DNA of 64,000 nt from Candidatus Spongiisociaceae bacterium. GTDB lineage: Bacteria > Actinomycetota > Acidimicrobiia > Spongiisociales > Spongiisociaceae. Positions 54,854 to 64,000 of the stretch are shown here, in pieces (position 1 is the stretch's first letter; each line of letters opens with the position of its first letter). The stretch lies in contig OZ241841.1 of assembly GCA_965202665.1 (NCBI GenBank), positions 2,688,001 to 2,752,000 of the forward strand. The letters run 5' to 3'. The notes beneath the pieces were generated by a model. It searched no databases. It was not told the DNA's origin and worked only from the letters and a program-made list of their open reading frames with translations. Position numbers and translations under genes: made by a program.

Positions 54854-55615
54854 TCAGGAGACGACCAGCGGGCGGCGGGTGACGGGATGGGCGATTACCT
54901 CCATCCGACGTCCGTAGACCTCCGTCAGCAGGTCGGGCCGCAAAGTTTCCGAAGGAGTTCCGAGGGCCCGCATTTTCCCCTCGGCCATCACCCCCACTAG
55001 GTCGGCGTAGCCGGCGGCCAAATTAAGATCGTGCAACACGGCCACCGTCGCCCCGCCGCCCCGGGCGGCCCGTTGCGCCAGTTTCATCACCAGATGCTGA
55101 TGCCTGACGTCCAAAGCGGCCGTCGGTTCGTCCAACAGCAAAACCGGGGCCTGTTGCGCCAACACCCGGGCGAACATGGCCATGGCCTGCTCCCCCGCCG
55201 ACAGGGTGGGGAATCGGCGCTCGGCCAGCCTCGTTAATTCCGTATCGGCCAGGATCTGCTCCACTATCAGCCGATCTTCTGCGGAGCGGGTCCCGCCCCG
55301 ATGGGGGAAACGGCCCAGGGCCGCCACTTCCCGCACCCGGAGCCCGAACTCCAGATTGAACCGTTGCGGCAGGGCCGCCCGCACCTGGGACAGCTCCGGG
55401 GGTTTGCGTCCCGCCAGCGGTCGGCCCGCAAGGTGGACGGAGCCAGCGGTGGGAGCCAGGTCGCCCGCCAATATTCGCATTAGCGTGGATTTGCCCGCTC
55501 CGTTGGGCCCCACCAGCGCCGTCAGCGAACCGGCCTCCGCCTTCAGGTCGATCCCGTCCAGAATCATCCGCCCGCCCATCCGGCGGCGCACCCCCTCGGC
55601 TCGGAGCAAGCTCAT
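54854..55615 (-). CDS. hmuV: Heme ABC transporter ATPase
   Basis: GPNGAGKSTL, LS.GE, AR.LAQ, LLLDEPT.ALD..HQ, VLHDLNLA. Confidence 0.87.
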   Translation of the reverse strand: MSLLRAEGVRRRMGGRMILDGIDLKAEAGSLTALVGPNGAGKSTLMRILAGDLAPTAGSVHLAGRPLAGRKPPELSQVRAALPQRFNLEFGLRVREVAALGRFPHRGGTRSAEDRLIVEQILADTELTRLAERRFPTLSAGEQAMAMFARVLAQQAPVLLLDEPTAALDVRHQHLVMKLAQRAARGGGATVAVLHDLNLAAGYADLVGVMAEGKMRALGTPSETLRPDLLTEVYGRRMEVIAHPVTRRPLVVS

Positions 55616-56676
55616 CCCCAGCCTCCCTGGATACGGCGGGCGCGGACCAGCAACCACAGAAACAACGGGGCCCCCGCCAGGGAAGTCAAAACTCCCAGCG
55701 GGATTTCCGTTGGAGCGGCCGCGGTGCGGGCCGCCAAATCGAAGGCCAAGGTCAACCCGGCCCCGGCCAAAATAGAGGCGAAAACCAGCTTCCGGTTGCC
55801 CGGTCCCAGCGCCACGCGCATGGCGTGCGGGGCCAGCAATCCGATAAAGCCGATCACGCCGGCCGCGGCCACCGCCGCCCCGGTGAGCAAAGCCGCCGCC
55901 CCCATCACCGTCAGCCGAACCCGCCGAATGTCCACTCCCAGATGATGCGCTTCCTCTTCTCCCAGAAGCAAGGCGTCCATCTCCCCGGCCCGGCCCGCCA
56001 AAACCGCCGCGCCGGGCAGAGTCAGCAACAAGGTCACCCCCGCCGTCTCCCAGGTGGCCGCGCCCAGGGTTCCCAGACTCCAGAAAGCCAACGATCCCAG
56101 ACGGTCGGCATCGACGGTATTGACCAAAATTCCGATTACCGCCGCGCCCGCCGCGTTGACCGCCGCCCCGGCCAACAACAACGTCGCCGCTTCCACCCGC
56201 GACCCGGAGCGGGCGATGCGGTAGGCCAGCAACGCCGCCGCCATCCCCCCGGCGAAGCCCGCCAGCGGAGCGGCCAGCGGGGAAACACCTTCCCAGCCGA
56301 CGGCGATGGCCGCGACCGCCCCGGTCGCCGCCCCCCAGGAAACGCCGATCATCTGCGATTCGGCCAACGGGGTGCGGAACACCGCTTGCAATCCCGCCCC
56401 GGCCGCCGCCAAACCCCCGCCCACCGTTATTCCGAGCAGAATGCGGGGGGCGCGAATGGACCATAAAACCGACTCTTGCGTCGCCGAAGCTTCCCCTCCG
56501 ATGTCCCAGCCCGCCCGTTCCGCCAGCAAACCCAGCACTTGGCCGGGGCTGATGGACACCGCCCCCATTCCCAGGTTCAAAACCAGCAAAGCGGCCGCAA
56601 CCGCAGCAAGACAGACGAAGACCAAACGGGATCTTCTCCGCCCGTCAGAGGGCGGGGGGCTCTCAGCCCCCATCAT
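55612..56676 (-). CDS. hmuU: Heme/FecCD-family ABC permease
   Basis: R.PR…GA.LQ..FR.PLA, A.HLGV, G.IGFIGL..PH, P.EIP.G. Confidence 0.88.
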   Translation of the reverse strand: MMGAESPPPSDGRRRSRLVFVCLAAVAAALLVLNLGMGAVSISPGQVLGLLAERAGWDIGGEASATQESVLWSIRAPRILLGITVGGGLAAAGAGLQAVFRTPLAESQMIGVSWGAATGAVAAIAVGWEGVSPLAAPLAGFAGGMAAALLAYRIARSGSRVEAATLLLAGAAVNAAGAAVIGILVNTVDADRLGSLAFWSLGTLGAATWETAGVTLLLTLPGAAVLAGRAGEMDALLLGEEEAHHLGVDIRRVRLTVMGAAALLTGAAVAAAGVIGFIGLLAPHAMRVALGPGNRKLVFASILAGAGLTLAFDLAARTAAAPTEIPLGVLTSLAGAPLFLWLLVRARRIQGGWG

Positions 56677-57637
56677 CCCCGCCGTGCAGGGCGTCCACCA
56701 GATTCTGCAACACCCCTCCCATCCGGGGCGTCATCCCCAGAAACAACAGGTCGTCGTAAACTAGGAAGTTCCCCCGCCGTCCGGCCTCGGTTCCGGCTAC
56801 GCCCGGCGTCGCCAGCAAACCCTCCATCCCCCCCATGGACTCTAGGCCGTCTTCGGTCAGAATCAACCAGTCGGGAGCGGCCGCCGCCAGTCCTTCGGCG
56901 GTCAGCAAGGTGAACTCGCCCACCCCGGAGGAGGCCCCGGCGTCGATTCCGCCCGCCGCGGCGATCAAGGCCTCCGAGGGCGACCCGCTTCCGAAGAGGA
57001 GCAACAGATCGCGGCCGCGGGAGTAGATGAAGGCCACCCGGGGCGGATCCGCCTCCGGGGGAATGGAGGCTTGGACGGCCTCCACCTCGGTCCGCATCCG
57101 TTGCGCCAGCTTCGCAGCCTCCTCCTCCGCCCCCAGCGCCTCCCCTACCATCTCCACGCGCCGGTAGGCCCCTTCCAGGGTGAAATCCGCGGGCAAGATC
57201 ACCACCGGCGTTCCCGTTTCCCGCACCTGTTGCAAGGCGAAGGCCGGGCCCGCCTCGGCGCTGCCCAGCACCAGCGTCGGTTGCAAAGCGATGATGGCTT
57301 CCGCGTTCAGGGTGCGTTGATAGCCGATCTTGGCGACTTGTTGAGTCTCCGGCGGGTAGCGGGCGCTCAGGTCGTTGCCCACCACGAACCCCCCTCCGCC
57401 CAGGGCGTATACGATTTCGTTGATGTTTCCGTTGAGAACCACCATGCGGCTGATGTCGGAGACGACGGATTCAACTCCGTCGGCGCCGGTGATGGTGCGG
57501 GACGCGGAGACAGCCGGCAGGTTCCCCGCCGGGGAGATAGCGGCCTCATCGCTCGGAGGGGCGGGGCCGGCGCAGGCGGAGAAGGCTAGGGCCCCGGCCA
57601 GCGCCGTCGCCAGCAGGCGCCCGGCGGGCGGGTTCAA
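56663..57637 (-). CDS. hmuT: Heme ABC substrate-binding lipoprotein
   Basis: Lipobox AFSAC; EIVYALG and IGYQRTL.AE (Tyr heme ligand motif); TTG overlaps the upstream stop. Confidence 0.85.
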   Translation of the reverse strand: MNPPAGRLLATALAGALAFSACAGPAPPSDEAAISPAGNLPAVSASRTITGADGVESVVSDISRMVVLNGNINEIVYALGGGGFVVGNDLSARYPPETQQVAKIGYQRTLNAEAIIALQPTLVLGSAEAGPAFALQQVRETGTPVVILPADFTLEGAYRRVEMVGEALGAEEEAAKLAQRMRTEVEAVQASIPPEADPPRVAFIYSRGRDLLLLFGSGSPSEALIAAAGGIDAGASSGVGEFTLLTAEGLAAAAPDWLILTEDGLESMGGMEGLLATPGVAGTEAGRRGNFLVYDDLLFLGMTPRMGGVLQNLVDALHGGDDGG

Positions 57638-58182
57638 CCGGCTGGGCAGGACACCCGGGCGGAGGACATAAAAGTGCAAAATCTTTCCCGGGTTACGATC
57701 CACGCCCCGTCCACCCGCACCGCGTTTCCGGTCAGATCTGTATAGACCGCCCGCTCTCCGAACATCACGTTGTAGGTTACCTCGGCTAGGTCCCCGTCGA
57801 TTTCCACCGCGGTCGGGTCTAGGGAAATGCCCCCGAAGTTCTCGGCGGTCTCCGCATATTCTTCAATCACATCGCTTAGCTCTTCGGCGTCCTCCAGGTA
57901 TGGGATTTTTTCTTCAAAGGGGATGCGGCTGTCGAATACGGTGCGGTAGGCCAGCAGCACCTCCGCTGACGCGTCTTCTGCTTCCGCGGTCGTCGTGTCA
58001 GCCTCGGCGGCGGCCGTTGTGGTTGTCACGGCGCTGGCCGCGGGGGCCTCGGTGGTGGTGGCCGCGATGGTTGTAGGGGCGGTTGCGGCAGGTTCCCCCG
58101 TCGGCTCCGAATCGGAGTTGCAGGCGGCGACGACCAGCGCCATCATGGTCAGCACGGCCGCCGCTTTTCTAGATATTTCCAT
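57634..58182 (-). CDS. Lipoprotein with Thr/Ala linker and small Mtb12/SnoaL-like domain
   Basis: Lipobox VAAC; FD..IP.EEK…A.V.Y…G.AV..DG.W.V....C......C. Confidence 0.75.
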   Translation of the reverse strand: MEISRKAAAVLTMMALVVAACNSDSEPTGEPAATAPTTIAATTTEAPAASAVTTTTAAAEADTTTAEAEDASAEVLLAYRTVFDSRIPFEEKIPYLEDAEELSDVIEEYAETAENFGGISLDPTAVEIDGDLAEVTYNVMFGERAVYTDLTGNAVRVDGAWIVTRERFCTFMSSARVSCPAG

Positions 58183-58235
58183 CGTTCTCCTCGATGTCGG
58201 ACCCGGGATTCAAACTAACCATCCCGGGTTGAATA

Positions 58236-58254
58236 TTAGGTTAGCCTAACATTT
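58236..58254. promoter_or_regulatory. DtxR/IdeR iron box
   Basis: TTAGGTTAGCCTAACATTT matches 17 of 19 positions of TWAGGTWAGSCTWACCTWA; lies upstream of the heme-uptake operon. Confidence 0.88.
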
Positions 58255-58265
58255 TATATAAGGTA

Positions 58266-59624
58266 TTACGAACCCAGCCTTCGCCGTTGCGCAATTCCCC
58301 ACCATGCCAGTCCGGCGGCTGCCGCCAGCCACAGCCCGTGCCGCATCCAAGTGGCGGGAATCTGATGCATGTAATCGGGCAAAGCCGCGCTCCACAGCCG
58401 GTAAAACGGATTAGCGGTCTGCGTGAAATCAACTATTAGAGCGCGGACGCCAAAGGTGGCTTCCGCCGCCAGCCACACGTATGCTAACACTCCCGCCGCC
58501 CCCGCCGCTGCCCACCCCGTTTTAGCCGCCCGGGGCAGGCCGTCCGCCCACTTCATTATCAACAGGGCCATTACCGGAACCACCGCCACCGTCTGCCGTC
58601 CCGGCCACCACCAGCCGTGCATGGTGGCGGCGAGGAAAGTAGCCGCCAGCCATCCCGTCCCCGCCGCGCCCAGCAGCAACCTCCGTCCCGGGAAACGGCC
58701 CGCAGCCGCCGCGGCCGCCGCCGGAATCACGGCTAGGAAGGCCGGTTGCCAAGCGGCTAGGCCGAAGCCCCGATCGATCAGGAGTCCCAGCAACCGAACC
58801 GACCTCCCCGGCCAGTTCGGCTCCGCTCCCCAGGCGGTAAGTTCGCCGCCCGTAAAAAAATCGCCGGCGGCGTACGGCGTCCACCCTCCGTAGATCGCCT
58901 GGTTGAAAATCAGATAGGCCGCCCCCATCACCGCCCAAAACGCCCCCCAGCCGGCCACGGCCCCCGGACGGGTCCGCATCCTCCACAGCATCGCCCCGGC
59001 CAAAACGGCCGCTAACGGAACGTATTTGACGGCCAACCAGGGCAACGCGACAACCGCGGCCGCGGTGACCGCCCGCGACCGTCGGTCATCGGCGCCGGTC
59101 AAACAGGCGACGGAGACCACCGTAAGCAGGGCGGCCGCCATCTCCGGATAAATCTGGGTGCCGTAGAAGGCCATGGGCGGGGAAGCGGCCATCAGCAACG
59201 CCCCCGTTTCCGCCGTGCGGCGGGAAACGCCGAACCGGCGCACCGCCGTCCAAGCGGTAACCGCCGCCGTCGCCCCCGCTAAAACGGCCAGGGCCGCTTT
59301 AGCCGCCGCCCATCCGCCGAAGGCGGTGGGGAAGGCGAGATAGGCGGGCAAGAGCGGATTATGGGGGCTAAGGCGGGAACCGTCCTCCCGCAACGCGGTC
59401 TGCGTCGGCAAAGCGGCCTCGTGAAACTCCCGATACGACCCCGAGGAACGCTGGTTGGCGATATCCAAGTCGCCGTCTTGGGCGATGGAGAGGGCGGTCA
59501 GCAGGTACTGCGGCTCGTCGGCGGAAGTGCGGGCCCCGTAGGTGGCCCGGGCCCCTATCCCCGCCGCCGCTAGGAGCAGGGCCGCCAATCCCACCCGCGC
59601 CGCCCGCCAACCGTCCCCGCTCAC
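58266..59624 (-). CDS. Polytopic GT-C-like membrane glycosyltransferase
   Basis: One TM followed by DEPQY (DE motif) …DGDLD, then Y.E, many TMs and WP.R; GTG overlaps the permease stop. Confidence 0.7.
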   Translation of the reverse strand: MSGDGWRAARVGLAALLLAAAGIGARATYGARTSADEPQYLLTALSIAQDGDLDIANQRSSGSYREFHEAALPTQTALREDGSRLSPHNPLLPAYLAFPTAFGGWAAAKAALAVLAGATAAVTAWTAVRRFGVSRRTAETGALLMAASPPMAFYGTQIYPEMAAALLTVVSVACLTGADDRRSRAVTAAAVVALPWLAVKYVPLAAVLAGAMLWRMRTRPGAVAGWGAFWAVMGAAYLIFNQAIYGGWTPYAAGDFFTGGELTAWGAEPNWPGRSVRLLGLLIDRGFGLAAWQPAFLAVIPAAAAAAAGRFPGRRLLLGAAGTGWLAATFLAATMHGWWWPGRQTVAVVPVMALLIMKWADGLPRAAKTGWAAAGAAGVLAYVWLAAEATFGVRALIVDFTQTANPFYRLWSAALPDYMHQIPATWMRHGLWLAAAAGLAWWGIAQRRRLGS

Positions 59625-61231
59625 GTCGGGGGACGGCGCAGTACCAGAAGCCATGTCAGAACCCACGACAATCCGATCAACGACAGGGAAGCCACTCCCA
59701 CCTCGGCGAAAAATCCGTCTTGGGCCGCCCCCCAGATGAGAGTGGACAAGGTTTGGAAGCCGATGGGGGCCAACAGCAATGTGGCGGGAAGTTCCTTCAG
59801 GGTGGAAAGCATCACCAACCCCGCCCCGGAAATCAGGCCGGGGGCGATAAGGGGGAGATTCACCGTCCAGAACCGCCGGTTGCGTCCCGCCCCCAAAGTT
59901 TGGGCGGCTTCCGGGAGCGCGGGCGGCAAGTCGCGGACCGCGTTGCGGGAGGCCCCCATGGACTGCGCCCCGAAGTTCAGCACGTAGGCCAAGATCAGGA
60001 GGGGGAAGGTCTGATAGAGGCCGGACAGGGCGGAGGGGGCCCGGATGGCCCAAAACACCACCGCTAAGGCAACCACCAGCCCCGGCAAGGCGAAGACTGA
60101 AGATACGGCGGCGGCCGCCGCCGCGGGCAGAAACCCCCGCCCCCGAGCGGCCGCGAAAGCCACCGGCAAGGTGATCGCCGCCGCCGCGGCCGCGGCGGTA
60201 GCGGCGGCGACGGCGGAATTCAGCAACGGGCTGACGAGAAAATCGAGGCTGTCCCCCCAGCCGGAATATCCCAGCCCCACCGTGGCGGAGCCCCGCGCCG
60301 TCCACACCGCGAACACCGTCACCGGGGCCGCGAAGCCGGCGGCGGTAACCGCCCCGACGGCTGCCCCGGTCGGCCATCTCCACCCCCCCAGCCGGTAGCG
60401 GATCTGGCGGGCCCCGGAGCGGGAAACGGGTTGAACGGAACGGGAAATGGCCCATTCGCCGCCCGCCGCCCCCAGAGCCAGCACCGCCAAGATCAGGCCC
60501 AGCGTGAGGGAAGCGGCCTGGTCCAACAACCGGGCTGAGAAGATGGCCCGGGTGATGGTGTCGTAGCGCATCAGGGAAACCGCCCCGAAGTCGCTCAGCG
60601 CGTACAGGAAAACCAGCAGCATCCCGCTGCGGACGGCGCCCCGCGCCTGCGGGTAGGCCACCCGGCGCAACATCCGCCCGAAGCCCCGGTCCAGCACCCG
60701 GGCCGCCTCCTCCAGTTCCGGGGCGGTGTTGCGCAACCGCGCCGCGGTCGGGAGGTAGACATAGGGGTAGCTGAGCAGAACCAGCACCGCAAACGCCCCC
60801 CAAAAGCCCTCCGGCCGGGGGACGAAGGGGACGAGGGCCCCCGGTCCGAAGGCCGACAGCAAGGCCGTGGCCCCAACAAACGACGGAATGACCAGGGGCA
60901 AAGGCAACACCATCTTCCACAACCTCCGGCCCGGAACGTCGGTGCGCACCACCAGCCAGGCCAAAACCCCGCCCAAGGCCCCGCACGCTGCGGCGACGGC
61001 GGCGGACAAAAAAAGCGACCGCGACAAAGGGCCCCACACCGCCCAGCCGGACAGCGCCGCCGCCGCATCGCCCCCCCGGCTGGCCACCCCCCATATCAGG
61101 TAACCCAGCGGGAATAGGAAAAAAGCGGCTACCACTCCGGCCAAGGCGAGAGTGGGCCTTCCGGCTGCCGGCCCGGGTGAGACTTTTAACCCGCCGGTTT
61201 GGTCAGAAGCCCTCCAGTCCGCTTTCATCAA
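59621..61231 (-). CDS. Fe3+ ABC transporter permease (FbpB-like)
   Basis: RTD.PG, YPYVYL, EEAAR, LSDFG.V, EAA..LG, KELPATL.L.P. Confidence 0.92.
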   Translation of the reverse strand: MMKADWRASDQTGGLKVSPGPAAGRPTLALAGVVAAFFLFPLGYLIWGVASRGGDAAAALSGWAVWGPLSRSLFLSAAVAAACGALGGVLAWLVVRTDVPGRRLWKMVLPLPLVIPSFVGATALLSAFGPGALVPFVPRPEGFWGAFAVLVLLSYPYVYLPTAARLRNTAPELEEAARVLDRGFGRMLRRVAYPQARGAVRSGMLLVFLYALSDFGAVSLMRYDTITRAIFSARLLDQAASLTLGLILAVLALGAAGGEWAISRSVQPVSRSGARQIRYRLGGWRWPTGAAVGAVTAAGFAAPVTVFAVWTARGSATVGLGYSGWGDSLDFLVSPLLNSAVAAATAAAAAAAITLPVAFAAARGRGFLPAAAAAAVSSVFALPGLVVALAVVFWAIRAPSALSGLYQTFPLLILAYVLNFGAQSMGASRNAVRDLPPALPEAAQTLGAGRNRRFWTVNLPLIAPGLISGAGLVMLSTLKELPATLLLAPIGFQTLSTLIWGAAQDGFFAEVGVASLSLIGLSWVLTWLLVLRRPPT

Positions 61232-62213
61232 TCAGTTCCTTGGTTCTTTCCAGGCCGCCGCCCAAACGGTCGAAGTCGTAGGAGGTTATGTTAATCTCCG
61301 ACAATGCGGGCAGAACGGAAGCCGGCCGAACCCCGGCCGCCAGCGGGTATTCAAAAGTCTGCCGGCTGAAAAACTCCTGGGCGGAGCGGCCCAGCATGAA
61401 CCGCACCAGTTCCTCGGCCCGTTCCGGTTCGTCGGAGGAGTCGAGTATCCCGATGGCGGTGATGATCAGCAACGACCCGATGTCGCCCGCGGCGAAAAAG
61501 TGGTTCTCGGAGGAAACATCGGGGTTTTCGGCCCTGGCCCGGTAGTTGTAATAATGGTTGACCAGCCCCATCGGAACCTCCCCCCGTCCCACGGCTTGCA
61601 CGATGGAGGTGTTGTTGGGGTAGGTTCGGGCGTCGTTGTCCGCCATCCCCCGCAACCAGTCCAACGCGGCCCGGTCGCCGTGGGCCTCCCGCATGGCGGT
61701 TGTGAAATCTTGGAAGGAGCCGTTGGGGGGGGCTACCGCCACCCGTCCCCGATACTCCTCCCCGGTGAGGTCGAAGACCGATGAGGGCAACTCGGCCGGG
61801 TCCACCAGGTCGGAGTTGTAAACCAGGGTGCGCACCCTCCCCGACATCCCCACCCATTGCCCGGCCCCGTTGCGGAAGAGCGGATCCACCAGTTCCAAAA
61901 TCCGCGAATTCAGGGGACGCAACCTGCCCTCCCCGGCCAGAAAACCCACCGCTCCCGGACTTTGGGAGATGAACACGTCCGCCGGGCTTTGCCCCCCTTC
62001 GGTTTCAATAAGCAACGCCAGGTCGGCCGACTGCCCGTAGCGGACTTCGATGTCGATATTGCCGGCTTCCGCGAACTCCCGCAACAAAGGTTCGATGAGG
62101 TTGGAGGTGCGTCCCGAGTAGACGGTGATCGCATCTCCGCCCCCCGAACAGGCGGCCCCCGCCGCTAGCAGGGCGGCCAGCAACGACAGGCAGACGGTTC
62201 GGCGAAGGTTCAT
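61203..62213 (-). CDS. Fe3+ ABC substrate-binding lipoprotein (FbpA/FutA-like)
   Basis: Lipobox GAAC, VYSGR, EG..SPAD, W.G.SGR.R, N.SFQ, NHYY iron ligands, EYP. Confidence 0.92.
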   Translation of the reverse strand: MNLRRTVCLSLLAALLAAGAACSGGGDAITVYSGRTSNLIEPLLREFAEAGNIDIEVRYGQSADLALLIETEGGQSPADVFISQSPGAVGFLAGEGRLRPLNSRILELVDPLFRNGAGQWVGMSGRVRTLVYNSDLVDPAELPSSVFDLTGEEYRGRVAVAPPNGSFQDFTTAMREAHGDRAALDWLRGMADNDARTYPNNTSIVQAVGRGEVPMGLVNHYYNYRARAENPDVSSENHFFAAGDIGSLLIITAIGILDSSDEPERAEELVRFMLGRSAQEFFSRQTFEYPLAAGVRPASVLPALSEINITSYDFDRLGGGLERTKELIDESGLEGF

Positions 62214-63118
62214 ACCGCCGTCCGCCAGCGAAGGAGCACCGCGGCTTGCCGCCGCGCCGCCGCCTCCAAATCGGTGGTCAAATCCGCGCCCAGCGTCCGG
62301 GCGGCGCGGGCGGTGTCGGCCAGGGTGTGGACGGCCTCTTCGGGGGGGGCGGGTTCTACGATCACCGGAGAGTCCGCCCCTAGGGCGGAAAACACCGCTT
62401 CTGTCATTTCCCGCAGGGTGCGGCCCCGGCCGCCGCCAAGGTTGAATACGCCGGTTTCCCCGGTTTGGGCGATGCGCGTCAAAGCGGCGGCAACCAGCCG
62501 CACGTCGGTCACATCCCGGGTGCGTTCCAAAGAACCGAACACCCGCAGCGGCCGGCCGCTCCGCACCGCCTCCATCCACAGGGAAAGGGCCATGTCGGGC
62601 CGTTGCCCCTCCCCGATTACGGTAAACGGGCGGGCGATGGCGACCGGCCGTCCCGACCTGAGGAACAGCTGCTCCATTTCCAGTTTGCGCCGGGCGTACT
62701 CCCCGGCCGGCGCCGGCCGGTCCCCTTCCCGGCAAGCGATCACCCGCCCCCCCTCCGTTTTGGCGCCCCCGTACACCGAGGAGGAGGAAACGGCCACCAG
62801 CCGCCGGTGCGGGGGGGAGGCCGCTATCACCATCCGGGCGGCTTCTATGATGTTGCGCCGCCGCCGCCGGGCGATGTCCGGCGCCCGGTTGCGAATGCCG
62901 ACCTCCCCGGCCAGGTGAAAGACCACCTCCGCCCAGCCGGTCCACTTCCGGAGTTCGGGCAGGCATTTCGCCTCCGCCAGGTCCATGGGGACGAAGCGGG
63001 CCGGATCCCCGGGACGGGGACGCCGATCCACCCCCGTCACCTCGGCCCCCGCGCAAAGCAGTTCATCCACCAGGCAGGAGCCGATGAACCCGGAGGAGCC
63101 GGTCACCAAGGCTTTCAT
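62210..63118 (-). CDS. NAD-dependent epimerase/dehydratase
   Basis: VTGSSGFIG, HLA, SSSSVYG, YxxxK, FTV.G..QRPDMA, RD.T.V. Confidence 0.92.
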   Translation of the reverse strand: MKALVTGSSGFIGSCLVDELLCAGAEVTGVDRRPRPGDPARFVPMDLAEAKCLPELRKWTGWAEVVFHLAGEVGIRNRAPDIARRRRRNIIEAARMVIAASPPHRRLVAVSSSSVYGGAKTEGGRVIACREGDRPAPAGEYARRKLEMEQLFLRSGRPVAIARPFTVIGEGQRPDMALSLWMEAVRSGRPLRVFGSLERTRDVTDVRLVAAALTRIAQTGETGVFNLGGGRGRTLREMTEAVFSALGADSPVIVEPAPPEEAVHTLADTARAARTLGADLTTDLEAAARRQAAVLLRWRTAV

Positions 63119-63166
63119 GAGCGCCAGCGTAGCCCCCCGGACAATGCTTGTAAAGTTGACCTAAGG

Positions 63167-64000
63167 ATGAGTGTTTGGCAAACCTTACGAAACCCCGGTA
63201 AGGGTTCTAAAGTATCCCGGACTGTCTGGGTTTTGCTGTCGCTGGCGGCTACCGCGGCCGCGGCGTGGGCGGTGGGGGCGACGGCGGACTGGGCCGCCCT
63301 GGGGGCGGCCTTCCGCAATCTGGCCCGGGACCCGCGGTGGTTGACGTTGGGGATGATCCTGTTCGGGGCGGCTTTTCTCATCCGCTCGGTGACTTGGAGG
63401 CGAATGGCCCCCGGGTTGTCCCTGGGCCACGCCTGGGCGGCCATCCACGTCGCCCTGCTGGGGAACCATCTGCTCCCTTTCCGTCTGGGGGAGCCGTTGC
63501 GTCCCCTGTCCGTCCGCCGCCGGGCCGGACTCCCGCTGGGAGCGGCCGTTTCCAGCACATTGACCTTGCGTTCCGCCGATTTGCTGGCCCTCCTCGGTTT
63601 GGCCTGGTTGACGGGGGCCGCCAACTTGCCCGCCTTCCGGTCGGCTACGGGATGGGCGACGGCGGCGGCCGCGACTGCGGCGGCCCTGGCGGCCGGGGTT
63701 TTCTGGTCCCGCCGCTGGCGGTCCGGGGGGCGGTTGCGGCGGCCCGACCTATGGACCTTTCTGGGAGCGGCCCTGGCCTGGGCGGCGGAGGCGGGGTTGG
63801 TTTACGCGGCGGCCCGGGCGGCCGGCGTTTCCCTCACCTTGTCGGGCGCCATGCTGGTCACCGCCGTTTCGGTAGCGGCCCAGATCGCGGCCCTCACCCC
63901 CGGCGGCTTCGGCGTCTACGAGGCGGGGGCGGTCGCCGCCTACGTCTATCTGGGCGTAGACCCGGCGGCCGGCCTCACCGCCGCCCTAGTGGCACATTCG
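63167..64000 (+). CDS. Lysylphosphatidylglycerol-synthase-TM (flippase-like) domain protein, runs off the window end
   Basis: Own translation from ATG 63167: R..TW.R…GNHLLPFRLGEPLR…TPGGFGVYEAG, open to 64000. Absent from the ORF track because it has no stop in the window. Confidence 0.85.
   Translation, partial: MSVWQTLRNPGKGSKVSRTVWVLLSLAATAAAAWAVGATADWAALGAAFRNLARDPRWLTLGMILFGAAFLIRSVTWRRMAPGLSLGHAWAAIHVALLGNHLLPFRLGEPLRPLSVRRRAGLPLGAAVSSTLTLRSADLLALLGLAWLTGAANLPAFRSATGWATAAAATAAALAAGVFWSRRWRSGGRLRRPDLWTFLGAALAWAAEAGLVYAAARAAGVSLTLSGAMLVTAVSVAAQIAALTPGGFGVYEAGAVAAYVYLGVDPAAGLTAALVAHS

Noticed and set aside
59625-61094. N-terminal half of the 942-aa ORF, and similar extensions of 54854..56464, 61203..63056, 3118..4779 and 17366..19216
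   Set aside because: Out-of-frame overlaps with upstream genes; the real starts overlap the upstream stop codons or lie just after them.

Overview
GC-rich actinobacterial chromosome segment. Mycothiol synthase, the PIM operon, an F420-type LLM and a DtxR/IdeR box, together with SLH-anchored proteins, suggest Acidimicrobiia (inference). The window appears to span the replication terminus. A 28-bp dif-like XerCD site lies at 26580-26607, and gene orientation flips around it: by my count about 21 of 30 CDS are on + to the left and about 23 of 32 are on - to the right. The site sits inside a small accessory island with an endonuclease VII/zinc-finger gene on one side and an AT-rich RloA/RloB defence pair on the other. 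Housekeeping blocks: der, tRNA-Pro, a garA-like/MerR/BFN cluster, mshD, thrS, gltA, EF-G2, pgsA-patA-pimA, pdxST, yebC, msrB, a nucleoside ABC transporter, aldolase and putA. Accessory features: a PycTM-like 3-TM protein coupled to a Cys/His-rich microprotein behind a 39-bp palindrome; an SLH-HNH-SLH surface nuclease; a vapBC pair whose toxin is broken by an intact IS481 (6-bp target-site duplication) and a deletion; a ~2090-aa mosaic Calx-beta-like/SLH surface protein; a decayed IS/prophage-like island at 52.9-54.8 kb; and an iron-uptake region (hmuTUV under a DtxR box, plus an Fe3+ ABC pair co-transcribed with an epimerase and a GT-C-like membrane protein). No CRISPR array, rRNA or reverse transcriptase was seen. 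All family calls come from motifs recognised by eye, not from database searches.
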